Assembly (NCBI RefSeq): GCF_020541225.1
Contig: NZ_CP045889.1
Location: forward strand, 1,114,346-1,146,345
Reading direction: 5' to 3'
DNA: 32,000 nucleotides
Source of the DNA: Candidatus Steffania adelgidicola
GTDB taxonomy: Bacteria; Pseudomonadota; Gammaproteobacteria; Enterobacterales; Enterobacteriaceae
Shown: in pieces, positions 1 through 11,465 of the stretch
Layout: each line of letters opens with the position of its first letter
Numbering within the stretch: position 1 is the stretch's first letter
Position numbers and translations under genes: made by a program
The notes under the pieces: model-generated
Databases searched by the model: none
Seen by the model: only the letters and a program-made list of their open reading frames with translations
What the model was told of the DNA's origin: nothing

Positions 1-342
<342 letters not shown>

Positions 343-918
343 CTACCTGACAAGTTACACAGTTTCTATCTTACGCTTCTTTACAGAAAAATAGCGACAT
401 CACTTAATTTTTATGAGATCTTATACATTGAAATAAAGTAGAATTAGAACAAAGTTCTTTTGTATAAAACTACAGGAAACGCACGAAGCTTCTTGCATGA
501 TGTTAATTAAATACCTCACTGCATTGTATATTAGGTAGTAATGAAAAACAGGCAAGAATTTATAAGCCGTCTTCAACCTCACAGACAAACCACCATAATC
601 GAAGAAAATAGATATAACTGCTTTTGTAGAAAGAGAGGATATAGAATATCCGTTCTAAACCACCGTCACTCTTATAAAAAATGGTAGAATCGAGAAATTG
701 AATAACAATATACTAAAAAGCTCTTATTACCATGCTGATAAGAGTGGTAAAAAATCGTACTGTGATAACATATTGACCTGTATAGTTGGGTATTAAGTCA
801 ATAAGTATTGCGGCATAACATGCTTATTACAACCTATAGAAGACTCGTACACTCTTACATCTAGAACATTCCAATAAAAATCTTCCTGCTTAACAGAAGC
901 AGGAGCGGTTAAATAATT

Positions 919-1959
919 ATGCCAAATAATAGTAGTGCACCACTTAAATCCTTAAACAGCTTTGGCGTTGACGTACATGCACGGCGTGTTATCGCCGCGC
1001 ATACAGTTACCGATTTGTTAATGTTTGCGCAGCAGGCTGTAGAAAATATAGAACCACTGCTGGTACTGGGTGGCGGTAGTAATGTGCTGTTTTTAGAAAA
1101 CTATACCGGCAACATCCTGCTAAATCGAATTACAGGAATAATAGTTAAAGAAAATAATGACGCCTGGCACCTTCACGTTGGTGCCGGAGAAGAATGGCAT
1201 CATTTAGTTCATATGTGTCTTGAAAAACGTATGCCAGGTCTAGAAAATCTAGCTTTAATTCCCGGCTCTGTTGGATCCGCACCGATTCAAAATATTGGTG
1301 CATATGGTGTCGATCTACAAAAATTCTGCGAATATGTAGAAGTTCTACAGTTAGCAACAGGTGAGAGACGATGGTTAAGCTCAGTTGAATGTCAATTCGG
1401 TTATCGCGACAGTATTTTCAAACATGATCTTCGCGAAGGTCACGTTATTGTTGCAGTGGGTCTAAGGCTCCCTAAAGCCTGGAAGCCCGTATTAAACTAT
1501 GGCGATTTACGTAGTCTTAATGCATGCAAGGTAACTCCGTGGCAAATTTATCATGCAGTTTGTAAGATGCGTCGTACTACGTTGCCTGATCTAGCACTGC
1601 ATGGCAATGCCGGTAGTTTCTTTAAAAATCCAATTATCCATGAGTCAACAGCCAAACCGCTGCTGAATCGCTATCCTGACATACCTCATTATCCTCAGCT
1701 AGGAGGCGGGGTCAAACTTGCAGCAGGTTGTCTTATCGATACCTGCGGATTAAAAGGCTATCGGCAGGGAGGTGCGATAGTACATCATAAACAAGCGCTG
1801 GTTTTAGTAAATGCAAATAACGCTACTGGAGAAGATATCATTGCGCTAGCGCGCCATATCCATCACCGGGTTGCAGAACGTTTTTCTGTCTGGCTAGAGC
1901 CTGAAGTCCGCATCATCGGTGCTAATGGTGAAGTAGATGGGATAAGAGCGATGATATGA
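919..1959 (+). CDS. murB: UDP-N-acetylenolpyruvoylglucosamine reductase
   Basis: The 346-aa ORF is colinear with E. coli MurB (342 aa). Shared segments include GGGSNVLFLE, HVGAGE.WH, MPGLENLALIPG, FGYRDSIFKH, GNAGSFFKNP and WLEPEVR. Its stop overlaps the birA start (ATGA), as in E. coli murB-birA. Confidence 0.95.
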   Translation: MPNNSSAPLKSLNSFGVDVHARRVIAAHTVTDLLMFAQQAVENIEPLLVLGGGSNVLFLENYTGNILLNRITGIIVKENNDAWHLHVGAGEEWHHLVHMCLEKRMPGLENLALIPGSVGSAPIQNIGAYGVDLQKFCEYVEVLQLATGERRWLSSVECQFGYRDSIFKHDLREGHVIVAVGLRLPKAWKPVLNYGDLRSLNACKVTPWQIYHAVCKMRRTTLPDLALHGNAGSFFKNPIIHESTAKPLLNRYPDIPHYPQLGGGVKLAAGCLIDTCGLKGYRQGGAIVHHKQALVLVNANNATGEDIIALARHIHHRVAERFSVWLEPEVRIIGANGEVDGIRAMI

Positions 1960-2915
1960 AAGATATAAACATTCCACTTAAACTAATAAATTTACTGGTT
2001 GATGGTAAGTACCATTTAACTAAACAATTTAGCGATACCTTGGGCATAAAGTGTTCATCTATCAGTAACCACATAAAAACCATTCGCAATTGGGGTGTAG
2101 ATGTCTTTTCGATACCTGGTAAAGGCTATCATCTAAAGGCACCACTTCAGCTATTAGATGAAACTATAATCCACACACGATTACCCACTGGTCGACTAAC
2201 AGTCCTACCACTTATTGACTCAACTAATCAGTATCTAATTGAGCGTATCGGCACTATCCAGTCAGGCGACGCCTGTGTTGCAGAATATCAGATGCAGGGG
2301 CGCGGTCGACGTGGTCGACAGTGGATAGCTCCGTTTGGTAATAATCTTTGTTTATCGCTTTATTGGCGTCTTAATCAAGGCTTATCGGCAGTCGATGGCC
2401 TTAGTTTGATGGTTTGTATTGTAATGGCAGAAGTGCTACACCGTCTCGGTGCTGAAGAGGTAAAAGTAAAATGGCCTAACGATCTCTATCTAAACGATCG
2501 TAAACTGACCGGAATCCTAGTGGAAATTTCCGCTAAGCCTGACGATGTTGCCCATGTTGTGATTGGCGCCGGTATTAACTTAGCTATGCACGAATCTGCA
2601 GCAGGGATAATCAACCAAAACTGGATTAATCTACAAGAATCGGGGATCGATATTGATCGCAATGTATTAGCTGCCAAATTAATTGATGCATTACGGCAGG
2701 CACTAGACCAATTTGAGCATGAGGGGTTCCTACCTTTTATCGCTCGATGGTATCATTTAGATAATTTTCTAAATCGACCGGTGAGATTATTTATTGGTAA
2801 TAAAAGCATCAGCGGAATTGCACGTGGCATTAACGCTCAAGGCGCCTTATTATTAGAGCAAGACGGAAAACGCTATACCTATTTTGGCGGAGAAATATCG
2901 TTGCGTAACATCTAG
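1956..2915 (+). CDS. birA: Bifunctional biotin-[acetyl-CoA-carboxylase] ligase / bio operon repressor
   Basis: The 319-aa ORF has an N-terminal wHTH segment (HIKTIRNWGVDVFSIPGKGY). It also carries the GRGRRGR(Q/K)W biotin-binding loop and KWPNDLYL..RKL.GILVE. It is full-length colinear with E. coli BirA (321 aa). Confidence 0.95.
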   Translation: MKDINIPLKLINLLVDGKYHLTKQFSDTLGIKCSSISNHIKTIRNWGVDVFSIPGKGYHLKAPLQLLDETIIHTRLPTGRLTVLPLIDSTNQYLIERIGTIQSGDACVAEYQMQGRGRRGRQWIAPFGNNLCLSLYWRLNQGLSAVDGLSLMVCIVMAEVLHRLGAEEVKVKWPNDLYLNDRKLTGILVEISAKPDDVAHVVIGAGINLAMHESAAGIINQNWINLQESGIDIDRNVLAAKLIDALRQALDQFEHEGFLPFIARWYHLDNFLNRPVRLFIGNKSISGIARGINAQGALLLEQDGKRYTYFGGEISLRNI

Positions 2916-3873
2916 TTATTTAGTTTTAATCAGATCGATCTTTATCGGGTAGTCTTTTTATAGAAAAATAGTATTAAAAGGATACCTTTAAGCACTAAGT
3001 GATATGATAAGTAGGATTTTTCAATAAAAATGACTAGTTGTATCTAGTCTTATAATCTTATTCGCAATTCTCCAATCTTTTAAAAGTCCATGGTTTTGGC
3101 AAACCGATAGTCAGTATGTAATATTTACATTGATAGAGATCAATGGGGCGGGTTCAAAAATGATTTTCTCAACGGGAAACCGAAATCTCAGTATTTCAAT
3201 ATCTATCTTACAGACATCCATCTTGAATTTTGGTTTATGTTGCTAATACTGAATACAGTACCTATTAATTTTCGATTTAACATGACACCCAAAGAGCTTT
3301 TTTCCTGATATTGTTCTAAGAGAAATTTAGCGAATTTAAGTTATTTTTCCGCGCATGAGAGAATATTTCATGCGTATTCAGATAATGACTTAAACACTTG
3401 CCTCATTATAGGCAAGTTATTTAACTTGAATACCATTGTTCCACACGTTAAAAACGTTTTTTATTACCTTTTCCAATTGATCAAGAACACTCTTATGCGC
3501 AATGTATCTCAATCTTTTCTTGATCCTGGTTTATGTAACTATAAATTTATATGATATCAAAAAATAGACCATCATTACAATGATAAACATGCTCTGTTCT
3601 TAGTCTGGATAGTTTGATTATGATCACACAGCTTCATAAGACATTTATTATCAGTAGGATTACTGGTACCTCATCACCAAACCACTAAAATCATAACATC
3701 ATTATTTATCAATATAAATATTTTGTTACATATAACCCAATATCGATTCGTGGATAAAAAGAAAATGATTCAGGAGGATAATATCAGATATGACGAAAAA
3801 AGTTGTCAAGATTACACTCACTGTGATAGGTTCATAGCTATTCATTCAATATCAAACATAATAAAACTTATGT

Positions 3874-3975
3874 ATGAAAATCCTCATTCAAGTGATTAAC
3901 TTAGTCCTGATTAGCGTATTGGTGATGATTATCTCACTATGCGGGGCTGCACTTGGACAAAGAAAAGCTTGCTAA
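3874..3975 (+). CDS. ilvL: ilv operon leader peptide (33 aa, 16 of 33 residues Ile/Leu/Val)
   Basis: It translates to MKILIQVINLVLISVLVMIISLCGAALGQRKAC. The C-terminal part (CGAALG.(R/G)KA) and the ILV-rich run match E. coli IlvL (MTALLRVISLVVISVVVIIIPPCGAALGRGKA). It is followed by an attenuator hairpin with a T9 run and then ilvG. Confidence 0.85.
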   Translation: MKILIQVINLVLISVLVMIISLCGAALGQRKAC

Positions 3976-3999
3976 ACAAGTTGGAATCTCAAGAGAAAA

Positions 4000-4030
4000 C
4001 CCCCACACCAACTGGTCGGGGTTTTTTTTT
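4000..4030 (+). terminator. ilv attenuator: intrinsic terminator between the leader peptide and ilvX/ilvG
   Basis: The sequence is CCCCC-AC-ACC [AACT] GGT-C-GGGG followed by nine T (4022-4030). This is the same bulged architecture as the E. coli ilvGMEDA attenuator (CCCCCGCACC GAAA GGTCCGGGGG T8) and sits 25 nt after the leader stop. Confidence 0.8.
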
Positions 4031-4062
4031 GGGCATGAATCAATGCGACAGGAGAACATAAA

Positions 4063-4113
4063 ATGAAGATTAACATATTGTTCTGTCCTTGCGGCATGAA
4101 GGCGGGGCACTAA
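4063..4113 (+). CDS. ilvX: 16-aa micro-ORF in the position of E. coli ilvX
   Basis: It translates to [16 protein letters not shown], with GGAG 8 nt upstream. Its stop (4111-4113) lies 2 nt before the ilvG ATG. The length and placement equal E. coli IlvX (MNNSTKFCFSRFRTGN), but residue similarity is weak. Confidence 0.5.
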   Translation: MKINILFCPCGMKAGH

Positions 4114-4115
4114 TC

Positions 4116-5762
4116 ATGAACGGAGCTCAATGGCTAGTGCAGGCGCTGCGGGCACAGGGTGTTGGGATGGTTTTCGGCTATCCTGGCGGTGCCATCATGC
4201 CAGTATACGATGCGCTCTTCGATGGCGGAGTTAAACACCTACTATGCCGTCATGAACAAGGCGCAGCCATCGCAGCCATCGGCTACGCACGGGCTACCGG
4301 TAAAGTGGGAGTATGCATTGCCACCTCTGGTCCTGGCGCCACAAATCTTATCACTGGCTTAGCAGATGCTTTGTTAGATTCAGTGCCGATCGTGGCAATC
4401 ACCGGACAGGTTGGATTAGCGTTTATTGGCACCGATGCCTTTCAAGAAATAGATGTTCTAGGGCTCTCACTGGCCTGTACTAAACACAGTTTTCTTGTCG
4501 AGTCTTTAGACTCATTGCCAAATATTATTAGCGATGCCTTTAATATCGCCACTAATGGACGTCCAGGTCCAGTTCTTATTGATATTCCTAAAGATATTCA
4601 ACTAACTGGTAGTAATCTATCGCCGCATGTTGCAAGTTTTCATGAAAAAGAGAGCAGTATACAGGGTGATCTGGAAGGCGCTCGTCAGAGCATACACCAA
4701 GCACGCCGCCCAATTCTGTATATCGGCGGAGGTGTTGGTATGGCTGGTGCGGTACCAGCATTGCGGGAGTTGATAAGTAAAACCGGCATCCCTAGCGTAG
4801 TAACGCTGAAAGGCCTTGGCGCGCCAAACCTCGACGATACGTGCTATTTAGGGATGCTAGGCATGCACGGTAATCAAGCTGCCAATCTAGCAGTACAGGC
4901 CTGTGATTTATTGATTGCAATCGGTGCACGTTTCGATGATCGTGTGACCGGCCACCTGAAAACTTTCGCCCCCCATGCAAAAGTTCTCCATCTAGATATT
5001 GATCCTGCAGAATTAAGCAAACTGCGTCATGCGGATATCAAACTACTGGGAAATCTGAATACTCTGTTACCAGCTCTAATGCAACCGTTATCGATCGACA
5101 GCTGGCGTCTTGAAACCCAGGCGATGAAGGCACAGTATTGCTATCGCTATGATTATCCGAGTGAAGACATTTATGCTCCGGCGTTACTGCGCGCAATCAG
5201 CGATTGTGCGCCTGATAATGCTGTTGTGACCACTGATGTAGGGCAACATCAAATGTGGACAGCTCAGCATATGCGCTTTAGTAGACCGGAGAACTTCATT
5301 ACTTCTAGCGGACTAGGAACAATGGGGTTTGGTATTCCTGCCGCAATCGGCGCACAAATTGCCCGGCCAGAAGATACGATCATCTGCATTTCCGGTGATG
5401 GTTCCTTCATGATGAATGTGCAGGAACTAACCACGATTAAACGAAAACAGTTACCACTTAAAATCGTTCTACTAGACAATCAACGCCTAGGTATGGTCCG
5501 TCAATGGCAACAACTATTTTTTGATAGACGTTATAGCGAAACCACCTTAACTGATAACCCTGATTTCATCATACTGGCTAGTGCCTTTGATATTCCTGGT
5601 CTACATATTACCCGGAAAGCGCAAATTGCACAGGCGCTTAAAACCCTATTTACCCAACCAGGACCATTCCTGCTACATGTCTCTATTGATGCGCTAGATA
5701 ATGTCTGGCCGCTAGTACCACCCGGTGCCGGTAATGAAACCATGCTGGAGAAATCATCATAA
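4116..5762 (+). CDS. ilvG: Acetolactate synthase II large subunit, intact (548 aa)
   Basis: The ORF-track frame opens at a TTG at 4089, but MNGAQW... at 4116 matches the E. coli IlvG N-terminus (MNGAQWVVHALRAQGV). It is TPP-enzyme colinear throughout ([40 protein letters not shown]). There is no frameshift of the K-12 type. Confidence 0.93.
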   Translation: MNGAQWLVQALRAQGVGMVFGYPGGAIMPVYDALFDGGVKHLLCRHEQGAAIAAIGYARATGKVGVCIATSGPGATNLITGLADALLDSVPIVAITGQVGLAFIGTDAFQEIDVLGLSLACTKHSFLVESLDSLPNIISDAFNIATNGRPGPVLIDIPKDIQLTGSNLSPHVASFHEKESSIQGDLEGARQSIHQARRPILYIGGGVGMAGAVPALRELISKTGIPSVVTLKGLGAPNLDDTCYLGMLGMHGNQAANLAVQACDLLIAIGARFDDRVTGHLKTFAPHAKVLHLDIDPAELSKLRHADIKLLGNLNTLLPALMQPLSIDSWRLETQAMKAQYCYRYDYPSEDIYAPALLRAISDCAPDNAVVTTDVGQHQMWTAQHMRFSRPENFITSSGLGTMGFGIPAAIGAQIARPEDTIICISGDGSFMMNVQELTTIKRKQLPLKIVLLDNQRLGMVRQWQQLFFDRRYSETTLTDNPDFIILASAFDIPGLHITRKAQIAQALKTLFTQPGPFLLHVSIDALDNVWPLVPPGAGNETMLEKSS

Positions 5763-5992
5763 TGCAACATTCCCTTTCCATTCAAGCACGCTTTCGCCCG
5801 GAAGTCATTGAACGTATTTTACGGGTTGTCCGCCACCGCGGTTTTGAGCTCTATGCATTAAACATGACACAGTGTCAAAATAATGAAAATATACATATTC
5901 ATTTAACCGTTTCCAGCAAGCGCTCAGTAAACTTACTGTCTGCACAATTAAGCAAGCTCATAGATATTTCCTATGTCGAGATCCAGCAATGA
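5762..5992 (+). CDS. ilvM: Acetolactate synthase II small (regulatory) subunit
   Basis: The 76-aa product [30 protein letters not shown]... matches E. coli IlvM (MMQHQVNVSARFNPETLERVLRVVRHRGFHV). There is a TAATG overlap with the ilvG stop. Confidence 0.9.
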   Translation: MQHSLSIQARFRPEVIERILRVVRHRGFELYALNMTQCQNNENIHIHLTVSSKRSVNLLSAQLSKLIDISYVEIQQ

Positions 5993-6037
5993 ACATTACA
6001 AAGAATACGTGCCTAAAACCGAGTAAGGAAAGACGAA

Positions 6038-6970
6038 ATGACGATGAAAAAAGCTGATTTTATTTGGTTTAACGGTGAAATGGTTCCGTGGGAAGAAGCC
6101 AAAGTCCATGTAATGTCGCATGCGCTCCATTACGGATCATCAGTCTTTGAAGGTATACGTTGCTACGATTCGATTAAAGGCCCAGTAGTATTTCGTCATC
6201 GTGAACACATGGAGCGACTACATAATTCGGCTAAAATCTATCGCATGCCAATTAAGCAAACAGTCGATGAGTTAATGCTTGCTACTCATGAGGTAATACT
6301 TAAAAACAAACTAGTTAGTGCCTATATCCGGCCTCTGGTATTTATTGGAGATGTTGGGATGGGTGTCAATCCACCGACAAACTATAGCACTGATGTGATG
6401 ATTGCTGCATTTCCTTGGGGGGCTTATCTAGGCGAAGCAGCCTTAGAACACGGGATCGATACAATGGTCTCTTCATGGAATCGCGCTGCGGCCAATACTA
6501 TTCCCACCGCAGCTAAAGCTGGTGGAAATTACCTCTCCTCTATGCTAGTGGGTAGTGAAGCCCGGCGCCATGGTTATCAGGAAGGGATTGCGCTCGATGT
6601 ACATGGTTATGTTTCCGAAGGGGCGGGAGAGAACCTCTTTGAGGTAAAAGATGGCATTTTGCTCACGCCCCCATTCACTTCTTCCGCGCTACCGGGTATT
6701 ACACGAGACGCTATTATCAAATTAGCCATCGCAGCTGGACTAAAAGTCCGAGAACAAATTTTATCCCGAGAATCCCTCTACCTAGCTGACGAGATCTTTA
6801 TGTCCGGTACCGCCGCCGAGATAACTCCAGTGCGTAGTGTTGACGGCATTAAGATTGGTATTGGAAAATGCGGGCCAATCACTAAACAGCTACAGCAGGC
6901 ATTCTTTGGGCTCTTTACCGGAAACACTAAAGATCAATGGGGCTGGCTAGATTCGGTCATGCAGTTATAA
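6038..6970 (+). CDS. ilvE: Branched-chain amino acid aminotransferase
   Basis: The 310-aa ORF begins [33 protein letters not shown], against E. coli [33 protein letters not shown]. It stays near-colinear to the C-terminus. Confidence 0.95.
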   Translation: [310 protein letters not shown]

Positions 6971-7027
6971 AAACTTTTTCAGGGCTTCGTGACTGCCCTG
7001 GTTATCTGAATCACTGGAGTGATAAAC

Positions 7028-8878
7028 ATGCCAAAGTACCGTTCTGCCACCACCACACAAGGCCGTAACATGGCTGGCGCTCGAGCTCTGTGGCGCGCTA
7101 CTGGAATGAATGATGATGATTTCACTAAACCAATTATCGCCGTCGTCAATTCCTTCACGCAATTTGTACCGGGGCACGTGCATCTTCGAAATCTAGGAAA
7201 ATTGGTTGCTAAACAAATCGAAGCTTCCGGGGGAGTAGGTAAAGAGTTTAATACTATCGCAGTAGATGATGGAATTGCAATGGGACACGGCGGCATGTTG
7301 TACTCATTGCCATCACGTGATCTTATTGCTGATTCAGTCGAATACATGATTAATGCCCACTGCGCCGATGCCATGGTATGTATTTCTAACTGCGATAAAA
7401 TCACACCCGGGATGCTAATGGCAGCAATGCGCCTAAACATACCGGTTATTTTTATCTCCGGTGGTCCGATGGAAGCGGGTAAAAGTCAGCTATCAACGGA
7501 TATTATCAAGCTGGATTTAATAGATGCTATCATTCAGGGTGCTAATCCTTACGTTTCCGATCAAGAGAGTAATCAGACAGAACGCTCTGCCTGTCCAACC
7601 TGTGGATCGTGCTCTGGAATGTTTACTGCCAACTCGATGAACTGTTTAACTGAGGCGCTAGGTCTTTCTCAACCAGGAAACGGTTCACTACTTGCAACAC
7701 ATGCTGATCGTAAGCAACTGTTTTTAAATGCAGGTTCACGTATTGTAGAATTAGCTCAAGGCTATTATCATCAGGATAATCCTGACACTCTTCCTCGCAG
7801 CATTGCTAATAAAGCGGCTTTTGAAAACGCTATGACCCTAGATATTGCTATGGGTGGTTCTACTAACACTGTACTCCATCTTTTAGCTGCAGCACAGGAA
7901 GGCGAAGTAGACTTTACGATGGCCGATATCGATCGTCTATCACGTCAAGTTCCCCATTTATGTAAAGTCGCCCCTAGCACTCAAAAATATCATATGGAAG
8001 ACGTTCACCGCGCTGGCGGTGTAATGGGTATTTTAGGCGAACTAGATCGCAGCCATCTATTGCATCAAAATGTACATAATGTGCTTGGACTGTCTCTACC
8101 AGAAACATTAACGCGCTACGATATTATGGTCACCGCAGATGAAGCAGTAAAAAACATGTATAGCGCAGGAGCGGCGGGTCTTCGCACCACTCAAGCGTTT
8201 TCCCAAAACTCTCGCTGGCCATCACTTGATAAGGACCGTCAGAACGGATGTATCCGCGCTCATAAATTCGCCTATAGCCAGGATGGAGGGCTGGCTGTGT
8301 TATATGGTAACATTGCAAAAGATGGGTGTATCGTGAAAACTGCCGGTGTCGATAAAGGCAGCCTAGTTTTTTGTGGATGCGCTAAAGTATATGAAAGTCA
8401 GGAGGCCGCTTCTCAAGGGATACTGGGAGGGCAAGTAGTTGCCGGTGATATCGTAGTTATCCGATATGAAGGTCCGAAAGGCGGGCCAGGCATGCAGGAA
8501 ATGCTATATCCTACTACCTACCTTAAATCTATGGGATTAGGTAAAAGCTGCGCTCTTATTACCGACGGCCGCTTTTCCGGTGGAACGTCGGGATTATCCA
8601 TCGGGCACGTATCACCAGAAGCTGCTAGCGGCGGCTTAATTGGGCTAGTGCAAAATGGGGATATTATCCATATCAATATTGTCGAGCGCAGTATCAGGCT
8701 CGCGATTACTGATAAAGAACTAGCGGCGAGACAGGAGAGTGAATTAGCGCGTGGTAATGCGGCTTGGACACCAATCTCACGCAAACGTCAGGTATCCTTC
8801 GCCCTGAAGGCGTATGCCAGTTTAGCCACTAGCGCGGATAAAGGCGCGGTGCGGGATAAAGAAAAACTAAGAGAATAA
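7028..8878 (+). CDS. ilvD: Dihydroxy-acid dehydratase (616 aa)
   Basis: The track frame starts at a GTG at 7019. The ATG at 7028 gives [27 protein letters not shown], identical in pattern to the E. coli IlvD N-terminus. [18 protein letters not shown] and the C-terminal [10 protein letters not shown] are conserved. Confidence 0.95.
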   Translation: MPKYRSATTTQGRNMAGARALWRATGMNDDDFTKPIIAVVNSFTQFVPGHVHLRNLGKLVAKQIEASGGVGKEFNTIAVDDGIAMGHGGMLYSLPSRDLIADSVEYMINAHCADAMVCISNCDKITPGMLMAAMRLNIPVIFISGGPMEAGKSQLSTDIIKLDLIDAIIQGANPYVSDQESNQTERSACPTCGSCSGMFTANSMNCLTEALGLSQPGNGSLLATHADRKQLFLNAGSRIVELAQGYYHQDNPDTLPRSIANKAAFENAMTLDIAMGGSTNTVLHLLAAAQEGEVDFTMADIDRLSRQVPHLCKVAPSTQKYHMEDVHRAGGVMGILGELDRSHLLHQNVHNVLGLSLPETLTRYDIMVTADEAVKNMYSAGAAGLRTTQAFSQNSRWPSLDKDRQNGCIRAHKFAYSQDGGLAVLYGNIAKDGCIVKTAGVDKGSLVFCGCAKVYESQEAASQGILGGQVVAGDIVVIRYEGPKGGPGMQEMLYPTTYLKSMGLGKSCALITDGRFSGGTSGLSIGHVSPEAASGGLIGLVQNGDIIHINIVERSIRLAITDKELAARQESELARGNAAWTPISRKRQVSFALKAYASLATSADKGAVRDKEKLRE

Positions 8879-8887
8879 TTCTCTTCC

Positions 8888-8907
8888 CTTATCGCTTTAG
8901 CGATAAG
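8888..8907 (+). terminator. Candidate stem-loop after ilvD (8-bp stem CTTATCGC / GCGATAAG, loop TTTA)
   Basis: The inverted repeat was read directly from the sequence, 10 nt after the ilvD stop. No clear T-tract follows, so terminator function is uncertain. Confidence 0.3.
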
Positions 8908-9527
8908 AATCTGTTCATCATCCACGTGCAAAGTTACTTTCAATATTTAACATGATTTAGAATTACTGATATAATTGTAAGTTTTTATCAAAACATATAA
9001 ACCAAGCTCTGCTTCTTATGCAATAAGCATAAATGCAAAATAGACAGAAAAAATTCTTTTGAATATATATTTTGTTTATTTATAGGTAGAGGCGTATAAT
9101 GCCGAAGAAAATTCGATAGAATGCTTTCAACATTACTTAAAAATCTAACGCTCAACACTTAAAAGTATATTCTTAATATATACTCTGATATCCAATTAAT
9201 TACGATTAATGTTTTTAAATCGAGAGATATATCAAGTATCTAGAAAAGAATTAGTGAGATGTGGTTAACCATTTGATTAGAATTTAGTATCTTCGATACA
9301 GTTAATAAATAGGGTGATATCTTTTAAATCTACATATCTACATACACCATCCTTCTCCTAAAAGGAGAAAAAATAGATAAAAGCGGCGTTTGTCACCATA
9401 TACAAAATATACAAATCTATCATATAGCAAACTTTAAAGAATCCATAATTACATCAGGTTGCGTTTTACATTATAATATAACCATATAAGTTTATGATTT
9501 AATAAAAGTCTCTAATACAAAGTTACA

Positions 9528-10631
9528 TCAGGTGCTGATTTTCGCTAGAGCGATATATTGTTGACAAATCGTTTCGATTTCATAGAGTTGGAGATGGGAA
9601 GATACAATTAACGGTGGATTGTTATATATTATCCGCATGGTTTTCGCAAGAGAATCACTAGTTAAATTTGCTAGCCCAGCAGACAAATCACCATGCAAAA
9701 TTTCCACAGGACCACCGAGACAGCGAGTACTGACTACCGGCGTATGACAAATCAGAGATTCTACCAGAACATTACCGAATCCCTCACTATCGGAGCTTAA
9801 AATCAACATACGGGCATGACGAATATAAGGATATGGATTAGGATCAAATCCTTTAAATATCACCCGCTCTGAAATTTTCAGAGCCTTCGCTAAAGATTGC
9901 AGACACCCCCTTATAATATCGCTACCTTTTCCAAGAATCACTAACGGTGCCTGAATGTCGCTATCAGCGTAAGCTCGCAATAGTCGATCCTGGCGCTTAT
10001 TTTTATGCAGACGACCAACATGAATCAAATAATCTTGACCATCTAATTCACAGGGAGCTTCAGATAACCGGCGGATAGCAGAAAAATCAAAGGGATTATA
10101 AATTACCTCGGCATGACGCGGTTTTACTTTAAAAGTATGGAGCATATCATCTAAAACCCCATGCGAAACAGCAATGATATTTCGGTTTTGATAGAGCGCA
10201 TGAATTTTCTTTCGCTTCAGCCAATGAAAAAAACCCTTTCGATGGCTTAAATAACCTGAGGAAAATATTGTATGCAGACACACCCAGATACGCTCTGGTG
10301 AAATAACACGACTTCGCAATACAATACGATCAGTTTTATGCAGATGAGAAAAAACCACGTCAAACACACCGTTACTCTGTTGCGCGGTCAGTATTGCCAT
10401 ATCTAACGCCCGCGCTCGATACGAGAGCTCCCTCAATTTTTTCCAGGTGCTATGAGGATCATGAGGAATAATTTGATATTCAATACCTGCTGGTAATACA
10501 TAATCACACACAGCTCTCAGTGAAAATATTGATACCTGATGCCCTTGCTGTGCTAATCCCTGCGCAAGGGTTAGCAATACTTTTTCTGCTCCACCACCGG
10601 GCAAACCATCAATAATCATTAATATACGCAT
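9528..10631 (-). CDS. Family-4 (GT-B) glycosyltransferase, probably LPS core
   Basis: The N-terminus MRILMIIDGLPGGGAEKV and the C-terminal EGFGNVLVESLICHTPVVST (E-x7-E type motif) are typical of GT4 enzymes. The track frame opens at a GTG at 10643, and I prefer the ATG at 10631. Neither start has a clear SD. Context is the neighbouring LPS genes. Confidence 0.7.
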   Translation of the reverse strand: MRILMIIDGLPGGGAEKVLLTLAQGLAQQGHQVSIFSLRAVCDYVLPAGIEYQIIPHDPHSTWKKLRELSYRARALDMAILTAQQSNGVFDVVFSHLHKTDRIVLRSRVISPERIWVCLHTIFSSGYLSHRKGFFHWLKRKKIHALYQNRNIIAVSHGVLDDMLHTFKVKPRHAEVIYNPFDFSAIRRLSEAPCELDGQDYLIHVGRLHKNKRQDRLLRAYADSDIQAPLVILGKGSDIIRGCLQSLAKALKISERVIFKGFDPNPYPYIRHARMLILSSDSEGFGNVLVESLICHTPVVSTRCLGGPVEILHGDLSAGLANLTSDSLAKTMRIIYNNPPLIVSSHLQLYEIETICQQYIALAKIST

Positions 10632-11465
10632 AAAATTTTTCACTATATATTAATATAGGGTATTGTTTATTCTTTCGTTTCCCCTACCTCATATCTCTAT
10701 GACAGTTTTCTAAACTCTTTCCATAGATGAAAATATTTCCTTATTATTGATATAAATAAATCGATAATAACATGAGTTTACCCTCTATAAAGAGGGAGTT
10801 GAATTCATGTATCTTTATATAAATACGTTTAAAATGTTAAAAACGCTCTACCAATTACCTTATCATTTGACATCAGTCCTTGATACATAATCAAGTCACA
10901 GAAAATATCATCTCAGATTAGAAAACAGCACGGTATCGATAACACACTTAATTTCAAGAGTACATCAAAATTAATATGGTCACAGGTTACATATCAATAA
11001 AAATAAACTTGTAAAGTCTTCGTTAGAATTTCTGCACGAGACTGCAGATCTACATCTAATATAAAACCTTTTTGCTATCTTCACTTCATGCATACGTAAA
11101 AAATCCAAATCTAACTGAGATACTATAACATATAAAAATACGCTTATTAATACGCCCGATTATCTAATAAGATGCATAATATAACTCATAAAGATGCCTT
11201 AATCTCTTTTTGAACAGACATAGTAGCGCTCATAAAAACAAGAAGGATATCTATGTTTAAACACCAAGATATCTTGATCTTGGGTATTATTCTCAATTAA
11301 AGTATTGAGATAGAACCTCATGATTTTTTATCATCCAGTATCTCCCTCATTACCACTATTTTATAAAAAGTACGGAATAAGTGACTGATCGCGAAAAATT
11401 CAGTTTGTGCGGTTAATAGTGAGTGAGTAACATAGAGATTATTCTCTCTTGAAACTAACTTCGAT

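Noticed and set aside
884-904. A hairpin, TCCTGCTT-AACAG-AAGCAGGA, has a 3' arm that overlaps an AGGAG just upstream of murB. It could be a translational control element.
   Set aside because: The AGGAG lies 13 nt from the murB ATG, which is poor SD spacing. The stem is short and there is no supporting conservation information. It could equally be a relic terminator of a lost upstream gene.
3790-3837. A 15-codon ORF, MTKKVVKITLTVIGS, rich in Val/Ile/Thr/Leu, lies 84 nt upstream of ilvL, with AGGAGG further upstream. It is a possible second leader peptide.
   Set aside because: The SD-to-ATG spacing is about 12 nt, which is too long. The ORF overlaps the best ilv promoter candidate (TTGTCA at 3803-3808). 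No downstream terminator or antiterminator is associated with it. It is most likely chance in AT-rich DNA.
2916-3873. I looked for a coaA remnant on the minus strand after birA, where E. coli has it, and for terminator-like hairpins (for example ACTTGCCT-CATTAT-AGGCAAGT at 3396-3417).
   Set aside because: Hand translation gave no convincing pantothenate-kinase similarity. The hairpins are isolated and not attached to any recognisable gene, so no feature is claimed.
6979-7440. A long antisense ORF (153 aa) lies opposite ilvD. Similar antisense or alternate-frame ORFs occur inside other genes (for example 1145-1357, 2486-2677, 4792-4980, 5264-5785, 8518-8784, 17559-17834, 18440-19349, 26620-26802, 28207-28422).
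   Set aside because: Each lies entirely within a gene whose other-strand or other-frame product has unambiguous full-length homology. Their sequences are low-complexity with no recognisable motifs. They are shadow ORFs.
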